Notes: generated by a model from the sequence alone, not told the origin. Numbered from the stretch's first letter, positions 49,554-62,340 are shown. The stretch: 64,000 bases of DNA from Dicyema japonicum (GCA_011109175.1 RDEW01000005.1:1484657-1548656); one strand, 5' to 3'. A program made the numbers and translations.

Positions 49554-52466
49554 ATGATTAAATTACCTCAAGAAACTGCAAGATTTAAACACGCTACACA
49601 GAAAATAAGATCATATGCTCATTGTGTCGAAGAATTTTTGTTCAATGCCATCAAATCAAATTCTCGAACAATAAAGATCGATTTGAACTATATAGGATGT
49701 GTTCTCAAGATAATGTATGACGGCTGTGGTTTCACAAGACAGCAACTATCCGATATTTGCCACAGGTTCTAATTATGCCAATTCAATTTTTGTCTAATTA
49801 TATATTTAAGGTCTTTCGATATTGAGACAACTGTCTGGCGCATTTTAAAGGGTTAATTTCCTGCCTAATAGAAATTTCTAAAAACAGTGACCATAAATTC
49901 AAAATCCACTGAGCACAAAGTGGCGTATTCGCGCCAATTTAGCAAAAAATGTAACAACTCAGCTGTTACTGTTTCTGAAACATCGTGTGTAGGCACAACG
50001 ATTGTCGTTTCAGGTTTATTTTCTTCTTGTCCGACCCGCTTAAAGTCGACAAATCAAGTATTCATTAAATTTTTACTTATCTTCATTTTTTCTTACGTTT
50101 AAGGAAAAGGAATGCTTCCAAATCATCTCTGTGATAAAAAACGTTGCTTTAATTAACCCAAAAGTTAAAATATATTTTTCAAGTGCCGGAAAATCCGTCT
50201 TTTCCGTAGAATTCTCTTCCACGTGTGTAATCAAAAGAGCCGAGGATTTGCTTGGCTTGGAATACATTTCTACATTATGCAACAAAAGTAGTGAACTGAC
50301 AGCTAAGATTCATTTTTTTATTAACTCCCGATCGGCTAATTTGAAATTGTCTTCCAAAGTACCTGAAAGCAATCGATCTAAAGTTCAGTATATTTATTTG
50401 AACGGTCTTCGCATTTATTCCGTCTTTTTAATTAAGCAAATTTTGAAATCATTGAGATCAAAGTATATTAAATCCCAAAGGACTTCACTCACAAGTTGGA
50501 AACTCTCAGACTGCTTTGTATTATTGATCACGTGTTCTATGGATCGTTATTCAATTTTCTACGGGAAATCCGGCTGGGATGCAGAATTTTTTGATGCAAA
50601 GTCAGTTACTCAGCTCATTACGTCTATATTTAGCAAAACACCCCACGTGTTAGATTCTGAACAGCAGATTGAACTAAATAATGATTCTTGTATGAGTGAA
50701 ATATCCTCAGATATTACGCACGAGTCGGAAAGTTTAGAACCATTTGGAGAATTTCCTTTATTTCCCTCAAAATCTTCAGAAATTGTTTTTCTGAGCCTAC
50801 ACGGAATTCATTTAATTCGACAATAAGTAGTGAAACTGACACAGAAACACTTTTTTGCTTAAAGAAAAAAAGAAAACGTTATAAACATAAAAAGGAAGAT
50901 AGTTTTAGACTAAAACCATTTGATTCGTCATTCAAACTTCATTTTTCAATGAAAATTACCTGAACGACTGTTTTTCAGTGAATTTTTCTCACAATTTTGA
51001 AATTGAAACAGACGTTAGTGACTTTAATCCCAAAGAAGAGCAATGTTCACTTTATAGTAAAAAGAGAAATCAATCATTGTATGATTATAGTGAATTCTCA
51101 ATTCGTTCTCGTTATAGTCTCAACATGTATTCAGACGGTAATTTTGACCCAAAATATAATTTGAGTGAGAGTATCAATAAATTCGAGTCTAATGACTGCT
51201 CCCTAGACAATTCATTTAATTCTTCGAATCAGAATTCTCAATTTATGTCCAATATGACGCTTTCAGATGATTTATACGATTACACCAAAACTTCCTTTAA
51301 TGAAGATTTTCCTGTTTATCAGTCAATCGACCTTACAAAGACAAATTCATCATTCAATTTCCCTAATAAATGCCTAACAGACTACTTTACACCAAGTAAA
51401 AGACAGTCATTTGTCTCTGAGACTTTTAAAGACAAAGTACATTCATTTGGAAATTCCAGATATTCCAACCCGAGTCAGGAAAATACGTTGTATAGCTTAC
51501 AAAACAGTCGTGGTAGTGATTCATCAAAGACAGGTATATTCGACAATTTTTTTGGCTTTTGAGTTGTCCTGGTTTTGTTCTTTCTTTGGCTCAATCCTAA
51601 TAAATTGTTTAAAATATGTTTAGTAAGTAAGAATATTCGTTTAAGTAGACCAACCCACCGATATTCTGTTAATTCGACAAGATGTCATTTTCAAAAACAC
51701 GAGTTTTAGTCAAATTATCAGTTCATAGGTCATCGGTCTTGTAGAGTCAAAGTTAATTATTTGCCTGATAGAGACAGCCAGAATAGTTAATTTCGTATTC
51801 AATGCTTCTAGACACTTATTTAGCTGCGATTGACCAGCACGCTGCTGATGAACGAATAAATTGGAAGAATTATACGCTGGTTGTAAAGTGATAGTTAACC
51901 TAAGACAATTTCGCAGACGGAGAATGCATAAAAACTGTAAATTTAAAAAACATGAGATTGCGGCTTTCGACTTTTGTGACCAGTTCATATCTAAAAAGAT
52001 TAAATACTTCGAAAAACTTGGTAGGCTTATTTTTCAATTTGGGGTTTAAATTCCGCGTGAATGGAACGAACTCTAACGGTTTGAGTTTTGTTAGAGTTCT
52101 CAGCGTCCCAAATTGCTTAGAAAGACGAAAAATTTTGCCCAACTTTCCAGAAGCAATTGAGGTTAGCTAATAAATTAATATTGAGGGAATTATTATGGAC
52201 GTTTTAAATGTAATCATAAAATGATTTACAGCATTCCGAACAGGTAGATTTTTCACTTCACTACTTTCCTTTGAAATTAAAGGACCTCATTGGCTGTCGT
52301 TGTTTGTCAATTATTATATATAATAGTGCAGTTTGTTTTGGAGACGAAAATTACCTTTGAAGAAGCCATACAGCTAGTGGACAAACTGAAAGAAAACAAA
52401 CTGCCTTTCCAATGTGCACATGGAAGACCTAGCATAGTTCCCTTATTAAACTTAACTTGCTTTTAA
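49554..52466 (+). CDS. MLH3: MutL homolog MLH3, multi-exon, with apparent 1-nt indels
   Basis: CVEEF..N, DGCG, GTTIVVSGLF, IYLNG, long low-complexity linker, DQHAADERI, C-terminal LPFQCAHGRPS. Frame breaks at 51861 and 52347-52350. Confidence 0.85.
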
Positions 52467-52688
52467 TGATTTAAGTTCACTGTTGGTTTATTTTTTTTAA
52501 ACTGATAATCGATAATACTGTGATACGTTATTTTTGGATGCTCAAAAATATTTTCTGTGTAGGTTTCTACTTCAAGTTATCTTTGAAAATTAGACACGTG
52601 GTACAAGTGTGATTGTGACCTGACTTAATTTTAGTTAGGCATTGTTGCCAGGTTAGGAAATATTCTTACGGAATAAATTGGCTGAAAT

Positions 52689-54511
52689 ATGACTGCTGGT
52701 AATATTTTCAATGTTAATGTTTTGATCATATTTTTTGGTTTCACTCAGTCATTAATTCCTTATTTGCACGTACACGTGTTACTTTCAAATTAGATAAAAT
52801 GGGATCATTGGAATTTCACTGAGTGCCCCAGAAAATGTGACGAACCATATGGGATGGTTTACCACACTCGCAATTGTCTCTTATGTGACGCACTTTCCAA
52901 TTGCACAATAAGAAATAAGTGACCTTTATATTAAACGATTTATAGATTATGCTTTGGACCAACTACATCGACAATAAAAATGGCATGTTACACTCCCGAA
53001 TGTTCAGGGGAAGGAAATATACGTGGCAATTGGACGGATTGGACTCCATTCGATAAGTGCTCACCCAAAAATATCCGTGAAAAAATATTCCGTGATTGTG
53101 CTGAAGGGAGCATTACGATGATAAAATATTGTTTAAGTCCTTCATCAAATATAACAGTTTTGTGTTTTAAGCATTGATTAGTGTTCGACAGAGTTTATAA
53201 AACAGGAATTTCCTTGCATTGTCGGAGAATGCAAAAAAATATACGTTGAAGAGTGGAGTGAGTGGAATGTCACGAAAACACTTGTAATAGTGCAGTTTTC
53301 TACGATATTGGGGCAATTCAAGTTTAACCAAATTTAAAAATTTCAGAATATTTATAGAACGAGGAAATGCAGATTAGGCAATAATACACTTGTAAGATGC
53401 AGTTTTCATACAGAAATTATTGAGAGGAAGTTGTGCCACGATGTTTCTCGTTTCCCGCGATGTGTCGATGTTCCCGAGTAATTTGTTGAGTTATTTGAGG
53501 GTTGGACAGTTGGAGTCCCTGGAGTAGTTGCATTGATGGAGACTGTAAAACTCCTTCAGCGAGATTTCGTTATAGAAACTGTATTTTGAAGAAAGAAAAT
53601 TGCATTGGACGTTCTTATGATTTATCATTCTGTTTTGGGGGAATAAAATGCGAAGCAGCAAAGTTAAAAATGACAGGAGATCGGCTTGTTGCACTCAAAC
53701 TCGGTTTGTGGACAGCAAGAAATCAGCACGTTGTTCACCCTGGAGATAACATGCTTCTTGACTGCAATGTATATAACTTCAATCTTATTTTCATAACGAG
53801 GGAGATGTAGAAAAACAAAGGGATAAATTAATGTGGAAGAAAAACGGAATGCCTTTGAGATTCAAGGTCGGATTAGAGGTTGGCGGACTACATTGGTTAA
53901 ACAAGAAGTTGATTTCACAGATAAGGGAATATACACTTGTGAGGTAGATTGTTGGTTAATTTTAGCTACAAAAGACATCTTCTATGACAGAGATTTATGA
54001 TGTACACGTGGTGACTGTCATTGGAAATGCTAGTTCTAAAATAATAGCAGAAATGAATTCGAATGTGACTCTGAATTGCAATTTGGATTACTTTCGAACT
54101 CTCTTTCCCCTCATTCCTACACAATCTGGTTCCACGAGGATTTCATCGCCTTGGTAATTTGTAAATTAATCAACCCAGAACACAAAAACCGCAAATTCTG
54201 GTTCTTTAGAGATCCCTAACATAAAATATACAGCTGCTGGAAATTGGTCCTGTTATGCGGTGGAGCCTTCGACAGTCAGAAAATGGCTTATGGAAACTTA
54301 CACAGTGGATGTTGTGAAGCCAAGAAATGTATTTGTTAGAGTCATCACTAAAACACGAAATGTTGCTGTAATCGTGTTTTTTATTTTATTTGTCGTATTA
54401 ATGGTTACAGCAACATTTGTCGTTGGGTATATTTATTTTTGTCATTGTAGAAAAATTATGGTCATAAATCACAGAAATGATTTGATTAGCAAATACAAAA
54501 TGGACCTGTAA
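52689..54511 (+). CDS. Single-pass membrane protein: signal peptide, ~4 TSP1-like repeats, 2 Ig-like domains, TM, short tail
   Basis: WDHW..C..C, GNWTDW, WSEW, SWSPWSSC..RYRNC; Ig elements LDC..W..DKGIYTCE and TLNC..GNWSC; TM VAVIVFFILFVVLMV. Several 1-nt frame breaks. Confidence 0.75.
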
Positions 54512-54599
54512 AATTCACGGATAGAAATTAATTTTTATAATTTCCTAATTTTTATTGCATTCCATTTTCACGAGTCTATGTGTCGTGTATTACAGAAAA

Positions 54600-56330
54600 A
54601 CATCACTAACCCGGAAACGATTCCTGATTAGGCCTGCACCGGGACAACTTATTTGATCTCAAAGCTGGAAAACCCTCAGTCTGCTGCAGATTATCGACCG
54701 ATAACCTGCATGCCAACCCTGTATAAGCTTATGACCAAATTGATGGCTAATGAGGTCAGGAGCTTTGTAGAAGCAAATAGGATTCTTTCCGAAAATCAGT
54801 TGGGTACTGTGCGAAATTGTCAGGGGACAAAAGAGAAGGCTTTGGTCAACAAGTGCCTTTCTGTGTCTCACGGAAACTCACTTTTGTCTATGTGGGTGGA
54901 TGTGAAGAAGGCTTGCGATTTAGTTGATCATTCTTACCTTGTCGAGTGCCTACACAGTCTGTGTATGCCTGTGTGGTTCATCAGCTTTGTAGTGGCTGTG
55001 ATGAATAGGTGGAGTATTCATCTGAACTATAATAGGCACCGGATAGGCGAGGTAAAGCTCAAGAGGGGGATCCTTCAGGGAGACAGCATGTCTCCGCTGC
55101 TCTTTGTTCTCTGTTTGGAGCCATTGAGTCGCCGCCTCAATGACCGGTTTGAGCAAATAGCAGTTCATTGTGAGGGGGTTTGTTTCAGTACAAATTACCT
55201 TCTTTTTATCTATGACCTGAAGATATATGCTCGAATAGCCGAGGAGCTCTACTCCATGGGGGTCTGTGCCAGGGAATTCTTTGAGAGTATAGGACTAGAT
55301 TTGAATTATTCAAAGTCTGCGACAACACGCAAGTATGTAGCGAGTTAGTAAGAGTCCTAGAGGAACACGAAGGATATAAGTATCTGGTTGTTACCGAATC
55401 TCCAAAGTCCCTTATAATGCCTGAGACAAAGGACAAATTACTTAAGGAATCCGTAAAAGAGCAGCGTTGTTGTGTAAGACGTCTCTAAATGCAAGGAATT
55501 TGTTCCTAGCATTAAATGAGTATGCTGTCTCTGCTAGCTCTCACTACATAGGTGTTGTGGAGTTTGAGCCCAAAGAGTATGATGAATGGATGTTATGATC
55601 CGTGGAGTACTCAGAGAGAACCATGTCCATGTGCTGGCAGCCAATAAGGAGAGACTATATTTACCCCGTGATAAATTCGGCCGTGGACTGTGTGGAGTAG
55701 TCCAACTAAGTGAGCGTATCCTAATGCGAATGCACGACACCCTGATAGCTGGGTCAAGTGTGTCTGCTAGGAAGCACGCCATAATAACGACCGAGAAAAC
55801 ACGGGCAACCCACCTAGGCACTATCAGACCTTTTTTGTCTGCTAAGTATGGTGTTGATGATGGTGGGCTAGTAAATGTGAAGGCGTTGATCGAATTACAA
55901 TATAATAATTTGATGGAAAAGATCAACTTAAAAAGCCTTCATGAGGTCCTCTTCAGAGCATTGGACAACCCACATGTCGACCTTAAGTCGTCGACAATAT
56001 GGCTAAAATACGGTGAAACTCATCTCGATCGGAGGCGCTGTACGTATATGCAAGACCGCAGTATCTTTTTGGGGTCGATCAACAAATACATGTCCACATT
56101 GTAAGTCAAGGAGAATGTCGGTTGATCATTTAGCCACTCGGTGCGGATCCATGCTCTGCCACGACTATGTGTACAAAAAACTTTTAACGGAGTAGAAAAC
56201 TTACAGCATTCAAAGGAATTAATTACGCTGTTGATGACACTTCTTTTTATATGGAAATAGTGCTTATTGCAGAGATCCTCCATTTTATTCATTCCAAGGT
56301 GGCCTGGTTATGGAGTGCTGAGGTAATAAC
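54600..56330 (+). mobile_element. R4/Dong-like RLE non-LTR retrotransposon, 5'-truncated and decayed
   Basis: YRPITCMPTLYK, VDVKKA, GILQGDSMSPLLF, LYLPRDKFGRGL, CCHC motif CPHC..DHLATRC. Confidence 0.85.
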
Positions 56331-56389
56331 TTTCATCTCTTTTTCATTGTCCATGCAAATCACAAGCTTATGATTTCCATTGATTGACA

Positions 56390-57294
56390 CATGATTGGTT
56401 GCTCGTAGTGCATGGTTGCTCACACTGCGCGCGACATGTCACTGTTTGGTTGAAATTATTGTTTTTATATTTTGAAGGAAAACAGTAAAGGAAATAATGG
56501 ATATCACGAGGATTAAGAGCAACCACACAGTTATAAACTGGTCAAACTTTGTACGCGAAAGGATCTCTGATTTCTTAAACTCAAAAGATAAGATTAGAAA
56601 ACATAAAACATCTGTAGAAATCGACGAGAGCCTAATGTGAGGGAGAAAGAAAAATCACCAGGGAAGGATGCTGATAGGTGATCTCATTAATGGCGAAAAC
56701 TCTTGAAGAGATAACTTTAGAGAGAGGTTTGACTCTCAAAGAGATAACCTAGGGTCTTCGGTATGATCCAACATGTAACCAGAAGGACAAGACTCTTTTA
56801 TGTATTAAATAAAAAGAGGAAAACTTTACTACCTATCCTTAAAGAGAATATGGATAGTGTAACGGCTATTTATAGTGATCAATGGGCTGCTTATGCTACG
56901 TTTGCAATTCATGGCAGGGTGAACCATAGTGAAAATTTTATTGACATCAATGACAGTAATATTCACACACGCCGAACGAGTATGGAGAGAGTGCAAATCA
57001 AGATTGTCAGTTAAATTGAGGGGTGTGCCAATAGAGTTATTACAATCCCGTCTCGATTTTTTTCATTTATTTATGAATTTAAACATGACTGCCCATTTAT
57101 AATTTTCATGAAGATTTTGGGAATAAGTTCTAACTATTAATGTTTGTTGTTTTATGGTCAAAAACTTATTATTTTTATGGGGGTACTATAAGTGCTTAGG
57201 AAGTACTATAATTGTTAAGGAAACTAAAAGCGCTTAGTGGCTACTATACAACACCAATAAACATAGTTTTTTGTCTTTTGCAACACCAATCACG
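56390..57294 (+). mobile_element. Merlin (IS1016/IS1595-like) DNA transposon remnant
   Basis: VEIDES, IYSDQWAAY, VNHSENF motifs. Possible imperfect TIRs ATGATTGGTTGC / GCAACACCAATCAC. Confidence 0.75.
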
Positions 57295-57315
57295 TTTTAT
57301 ACGAAATTAAAAATT

Positions 57316-57861
57316 TCATTTTTTCTCCGAAAAAGGGGGAGGCGATGTCAAGGTCGCCCTTTTTGTCCTTTTCACGTCAATCAGGTTTTTAGGATTGATT
57401 ACGCATAAAGAGCCTTGTTGATTTCCATTTCCATTTCGACCGAAAAACCTCATTGCGTTAGATTTTTCTTCTGACAGTTTTATTCCTTGGAGACCGCACC
57501 AGTCTTTTACCTCTTCCATATACACATGAGTCTCTTTTCCGAAATCATACTAGATCTCTACACACCAGACACTAGCCCGTCGTCTGCGTATATAAAAGAT
57601 CTTGTATTTGGTGACCTCGAAGACGAGAAACCGAAAATTCGAACATTAAATAGGGCTCAAAATTGATCCCTGTGGAACTCCTCTCTTCAATAATATCTTA
57701 TTTGAAAAATAGCTTCCGTATCTAATATAGGAGTTTCTTCCTTCTAGGTACACTTTCATCCAATTCACTAGTTCCTTAGGGCTTCGCATCCGAGATAATT
57801 GACCGATTATAGCTCTGTGGTTAACACTGTCGGATGCTTTTGACATGTCGGGACATGACAT
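57316..57861 (-). mobile_element. LINE RT fragment
   Basis: DMSKASDSVNH, GVPQGSILSP, YADDG. Confidence 0.8.
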
Positions 57862-57974
57862 TCAATATTGTCCTAGGTTACTACTAACAGTATTTTAAAT
57901 ATCAAGAATTAATGCCGCGTGGGGTCAACGTTAGTGTGGTGCTATGTTTTTACTTGAATTAAAGTTCTATTGTG

Positions 57975-58235
57975 TCTTCTGTTCCTCCTCTTCCCCTTTG
58001 GCTCCAAGAAGCTGAATTGTTAGCGTGCGTCATGTGGTTCACTATATCTGGTGGCGCCAGATATAATCCTAAATTATATCCAAAAAGGACCATTAATCAA
58101 CAACCATCCAGAGGAGTTGTCCTTGGACGGCACTTCTTCAAGTTCGAGCATGCAAGATTGCTGATTGAGGCCGGGATCACCTGATTTTATTCATTCTGGC
58201 TATGACGGTAGTTTTCTGGTTAATAAATTTAATTT
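57975..58235 (+). mobile_element. Pseudoknot head (copy J, 58026-58092) fused in frame to a LINE 3' end
   Basis: TGCGTC atg TGGTTC ACT atatct GGT GGCGCC a GATATAAT cctaa ATTATATC caaaaa GGACCA. The motif AUG reads MWFTISGG...RLLIEAGIT*. Confidence 0.7.
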
Positions 58236-58239
58236 AATG

Positions 58240-60630
58240 TTAATTCACTCTCCAGCAGATCATGGCATTTCAGTCAAGACAAGCATCAGAAACATAAACA
58301 TATTGAATGTGTATGTGCCACCGCCCAACTCATGACACCAAGGAATTCAGGTTCTCCCTGTCAGACATCGACAAATCAAAAAATATGTTACTTTGTGGAG
58401 ACCTAAATGCAAAGCATCCGACATGGTTCAAGAAAAACCAACAATGTCATGGGAGGAACCAATTGTTATCGAATCTGGATGACCTGATAATATTAAACAA
58501 CCTGCATTCAATACAAGGATCCCTACAGAGCGAATGACAGGGCATCGTCCCCCGATCTCACTCTTGCCTCACCAAACATCGCAACATTAACAAAATGGAC
58601 AGTACTATACGAGACCAGCAGTGACCATAATCCCGTTATGATTACGTTTGAAGGAAGAGTGTCAATTGTAAAGAAACCTGTTTTATTTACCGACTACAAA
58701 AATGTCGACTGGGAAAAGTTCTCAAATTTTGTCGACTATTATTTACTTGACTTTCATTTATCCAATTTCAACATCGATAAAGCACTACACTATTTTAATA
58801 GAGTGGTACGCGAGGGAATGAAAATTTGTATTAAAAGAAGGCCACTGACTCAAGAAAGATGTTTTCTACCAGAGCCGATCCACTCATGAAAGAAATTACC
58901 TAAAAAGCCTCCAAAAACAATCCTGGGAAACAAAATTGAGAATTCGTACATTAGAAAGAGAGATCAGGAACAATGCAAAGAAAAAACAAGAGAAAGTTTG
59001 GAAAAACCTCATGTCCAATCTAAACAAGCAGAACTCCCTTACAAAAATGTGGAAAACACTTAGAAGCTTTATTAACGCTGACAACCCTGCCGCACGTGAA
59101 GAAATGGAAAACAAGATCTTCCTAAACAAACTTGTGAAGTACTACTCCACGAGTTTCATCCCACACAAGAAATTCGAAGGTCCATCCATCCTAGTCCTCA
59201 AACCTAAAATAGCCACCTCCCCAATTATCCTCTCTGTGGAGAACGTGCTGAAGTGGTTAAGAGTCAAAAGTCGACTTATTCCTGCGGTCCGGACGGAATC
59301 CTGCAATAGTTCTGAAAAACATAGGCCCCAATGCTATCATGGCCCTCACAAAAATCTTCAACTTTTCAATCAACAAAAATTGTATTCCTTCCATATGGAG
59401 GCTATCAAACATGCGACCAATTCTGAAACCCGGAAGACCAAAGAGATCATTAGCCTTATAACAGACCAATATCTCTCCTATGTGTTACATCAAAAATTTT
59501 GGAAATAGTGATTCTTGAACTAATTATACCTTCCTGATGCACCATTTTCAACACGGATTCAGAAAAGGGCACTTCACAGAAACCGCATCTTACATGCCTT
59601 ACAAATTTCATCAAGGATGGACTAAAGCGCAAACCTCGTCAGAAGTCTTTGTTATGCTCCATCGATATAGAAAAGCTTTCGGCACTGTCCCAAGAAAGCT
59701 TTTGATAAGGAAGATCTTTACGTCAAAAATCCCAAACAACCTGAAAATCTGGATTGCTAATTTTTTAAATGGAAGAAAGAAGAGTAACTGCTGGTAAAAC
59801 TAGGTCAGTGACCAAGTTCCTTCCAAATGGGGTCCCTCAAGGATCTCCACTTTCACCACACCTATTCAACTTATTTTTAAATGATATGCCCCCTACCAGT
59901 GACGATACTCTGGTTCTGACATATGCGAATGATATAATCGTCAAAGACCAGTGCGTTAATACTGCAGTTTACCGGATACAAGCTTCATTGGACGATCTGA
60001 ACTGTTGGCTCGTTAAGAACATTCTACATACAAGTCCCGAAAAGTCTTATACAACAATTTTCACAACAAACAGAGGATTGACAAACTCCGCTCCATGTGT
60101 AGCCATAAATGGAAACTCAATCTCCACGACCAACTCGGTCAAGATACTGGGCGTAACTTACGACCCACTCTTGACCTTCAGCAAACACATCGACAACGTC
60201 ATCTCTTCGGCACAACAAAAGCTAAATTTTGCTAAAACACTCCTTGGACAATATAATGGGTGTTTCAACTCAAATTTGGACTCGCTCTACGTGCAGTATA
60301 TTCAACCGTCTCTAACTTACGGGTGTGCTGCATGGGGAACCAACCTATCAAACAGGAATATAGAAAAAATCAATACCTTCAAAAAAAATGGCCAGTAAGG
60401 CTGTGCAAAGTTTTCGGTAACCTCTAAACCCTACATTTTGAGGAATTAGTGAAAAACCGGAGCCTTACTACCCCCTAAAAAGTTAGAAACCCCGCCCAAT
60501 CCGGAAATGCGTTGGAACCCGGAAGAACACAGAGCTAGAATGAGATGGCTACTCGAGGCGGCCGGAATCACCTGACGGCTATGTAGTTATTTAATTTGTC
60601 GGTGATTTTTGGTTTTCAATAATAATAATA
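58240..60630 (+). mobile_element. Decayed APE-RT LINE of the EAGIT* family
   Basis: NVYVPP, GDLNAKH, SDHNPV, QHGFRKG, GVPQGSPLSP, YANDI, ILGVTYDP, ends LLEAAGIT* with an (AAT)n tail. Confidence 0.9.
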
Positions 60631-60749
60631 TTCTGCATTGCATATATATATAGATGCAGATATATTGACCTCACTTTGATGCCAAGTGGTCGAAACTTTT
60701 TTTGGTTAGTTATCTTTTTTACAGATCCTGAAGTTTTATATGCAAGTCT

Positions 60750-62340
60750 CTAACGGGACTCTATAAAATTAGTCATTTTTTCCTGTATCATCGTTCTTCG
60801 TTGACCCCCTATCTTTACCACAAGCTTGATAAATGGTCTTGTCTTTTGTAACTGCAATATTATCTGGTTTTTCTTAAGGATGTAGTACCAGCCCTCATAT
60901 CCGTAAACAAGTGACGAGACAATGACGCGGTTGAACAGGCCTCCGTCCGGATAACTGTTCGTTTCCACCAGTGTTCCATCCAAGTTTAATATTGTCATTA
61001 AATATAGCTCGACGGTCCTTCAAAAAAGTCATTGGGCCATTTTAAATAGCTTCATTTACCGCCAAGTCAACCTCCTGAATTGCGATCTCTGCATGGTATG
61101 GTTACTGGATGTTACTTTTGGGTACTTCCCAGCCATCAGCCGCATTTGCGTCTTGTGTATCGATTCATTCCGTTCGTCGCAGTTCTCTTTGAGTTGATTC
61201 CATGCCTTAGGGCTTTTGAAATGCGATCGGGTCCGCTTATCTTTTTAGTTTTCGACATATCCTTCCAAAAATTTTCCTTTCTTGAATCTAGCATTGCAGC
61301 ATCAGCACCATCCGAGGAATGCGATCATTTCCTATCTTTTGTAATATCGTTGGGGCTCCATAAAAAGGGGAGACAAAAACACTCCAATTTTATATCCTCT
61401 ATAAAATGGGAAATAGTTGACTTCCTCAGACGCCGACAAGTAGAATCCACAGATAGCATCTTCAATAAGCGTCCATCTTGGTTCGTGCTCACGCATCCAA
61501 GGTCTTTTGTTTGGAGTTGAGGCCTCAAATCACAATTGACTCTATCTAATCTACAATCTCTTCCGAGCACTTCCTCGGGTTTTTCGAGACTTCACACTAA
61601 CAGAAATCCACCCGTCAGAGCAGAATACTTCGATCGCCAGAAATTCGCAAAACATGAGACTATTATCCTCGGATCCCTAACCCGAAGGTGTCGGCTGTAA
61701 AAAATGGGTCCCGTCGCCGCTACAACCTCATCTTTCCACGTTAAAGATAGTTTGGTATCCGACTATCGTCAATAACTCCTCATTTTTTAATTTTGTTTCT
61801 AACAACTATGATGTCTGCCTTTTCAGATCCCACAAGGAATGCCAGCTCTTGATGCCTCTTTACATCAGACCGGGGTTCATGAGCATAATCTTTAGGTCTC
61901 TTTACTTTTGTTGGTGGCCTAACATTTCAGGACCAGATCCACCACATCCATTAAATTTAAGTTGGCCTTTTCATATTTATCGTTCAGTCTGTCTATGATG
62001 TAGGTTAGTTCCTTAGACTCACTTTAAGATGAACCGGGGATTCTCATTTCGTGTCCTTCCCTCCTATCCAGCGTCTTTTTATCTATCATTTGTCTGTAGA
62101 TCTCTAATTCCTTGATTGTGCTGCATAGGGCGAGAGAATTCTCACTTTTATGCCTCTCATGTTTCACACGACAATCATCTGGTCTTCTCACAACAACCAG
62201 GCAGCCGCCATAGCTCGCCCCGTGAATGATGACCCACAGTTGATATACCTCGTTGGTTGTACCGGAAACTCTGGAAGACTATACAATCCTCCTCAGTGAA
62301 GGCACTTTCTTGTCTCATCGCAATACCTTGCGAAGTGTCC
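60750..62340 (-). mobile_element. Internally deleted LINE (possible ORF1 end, APE start, RT C-terminus)
   Basis: LKIMLMNPG...KADII (APE start) and SSLVYGYEGWY (RT end). Confidence 0.6.

Noticed and set aside
843-61520. Many short antisense or overlapping ORFs in the track (e.g. 843-1112, 20233-20483, 61080-61520)
   Set aside because: They are shadows of real genes or LINEs on the other strand, with no recognisable motifs.
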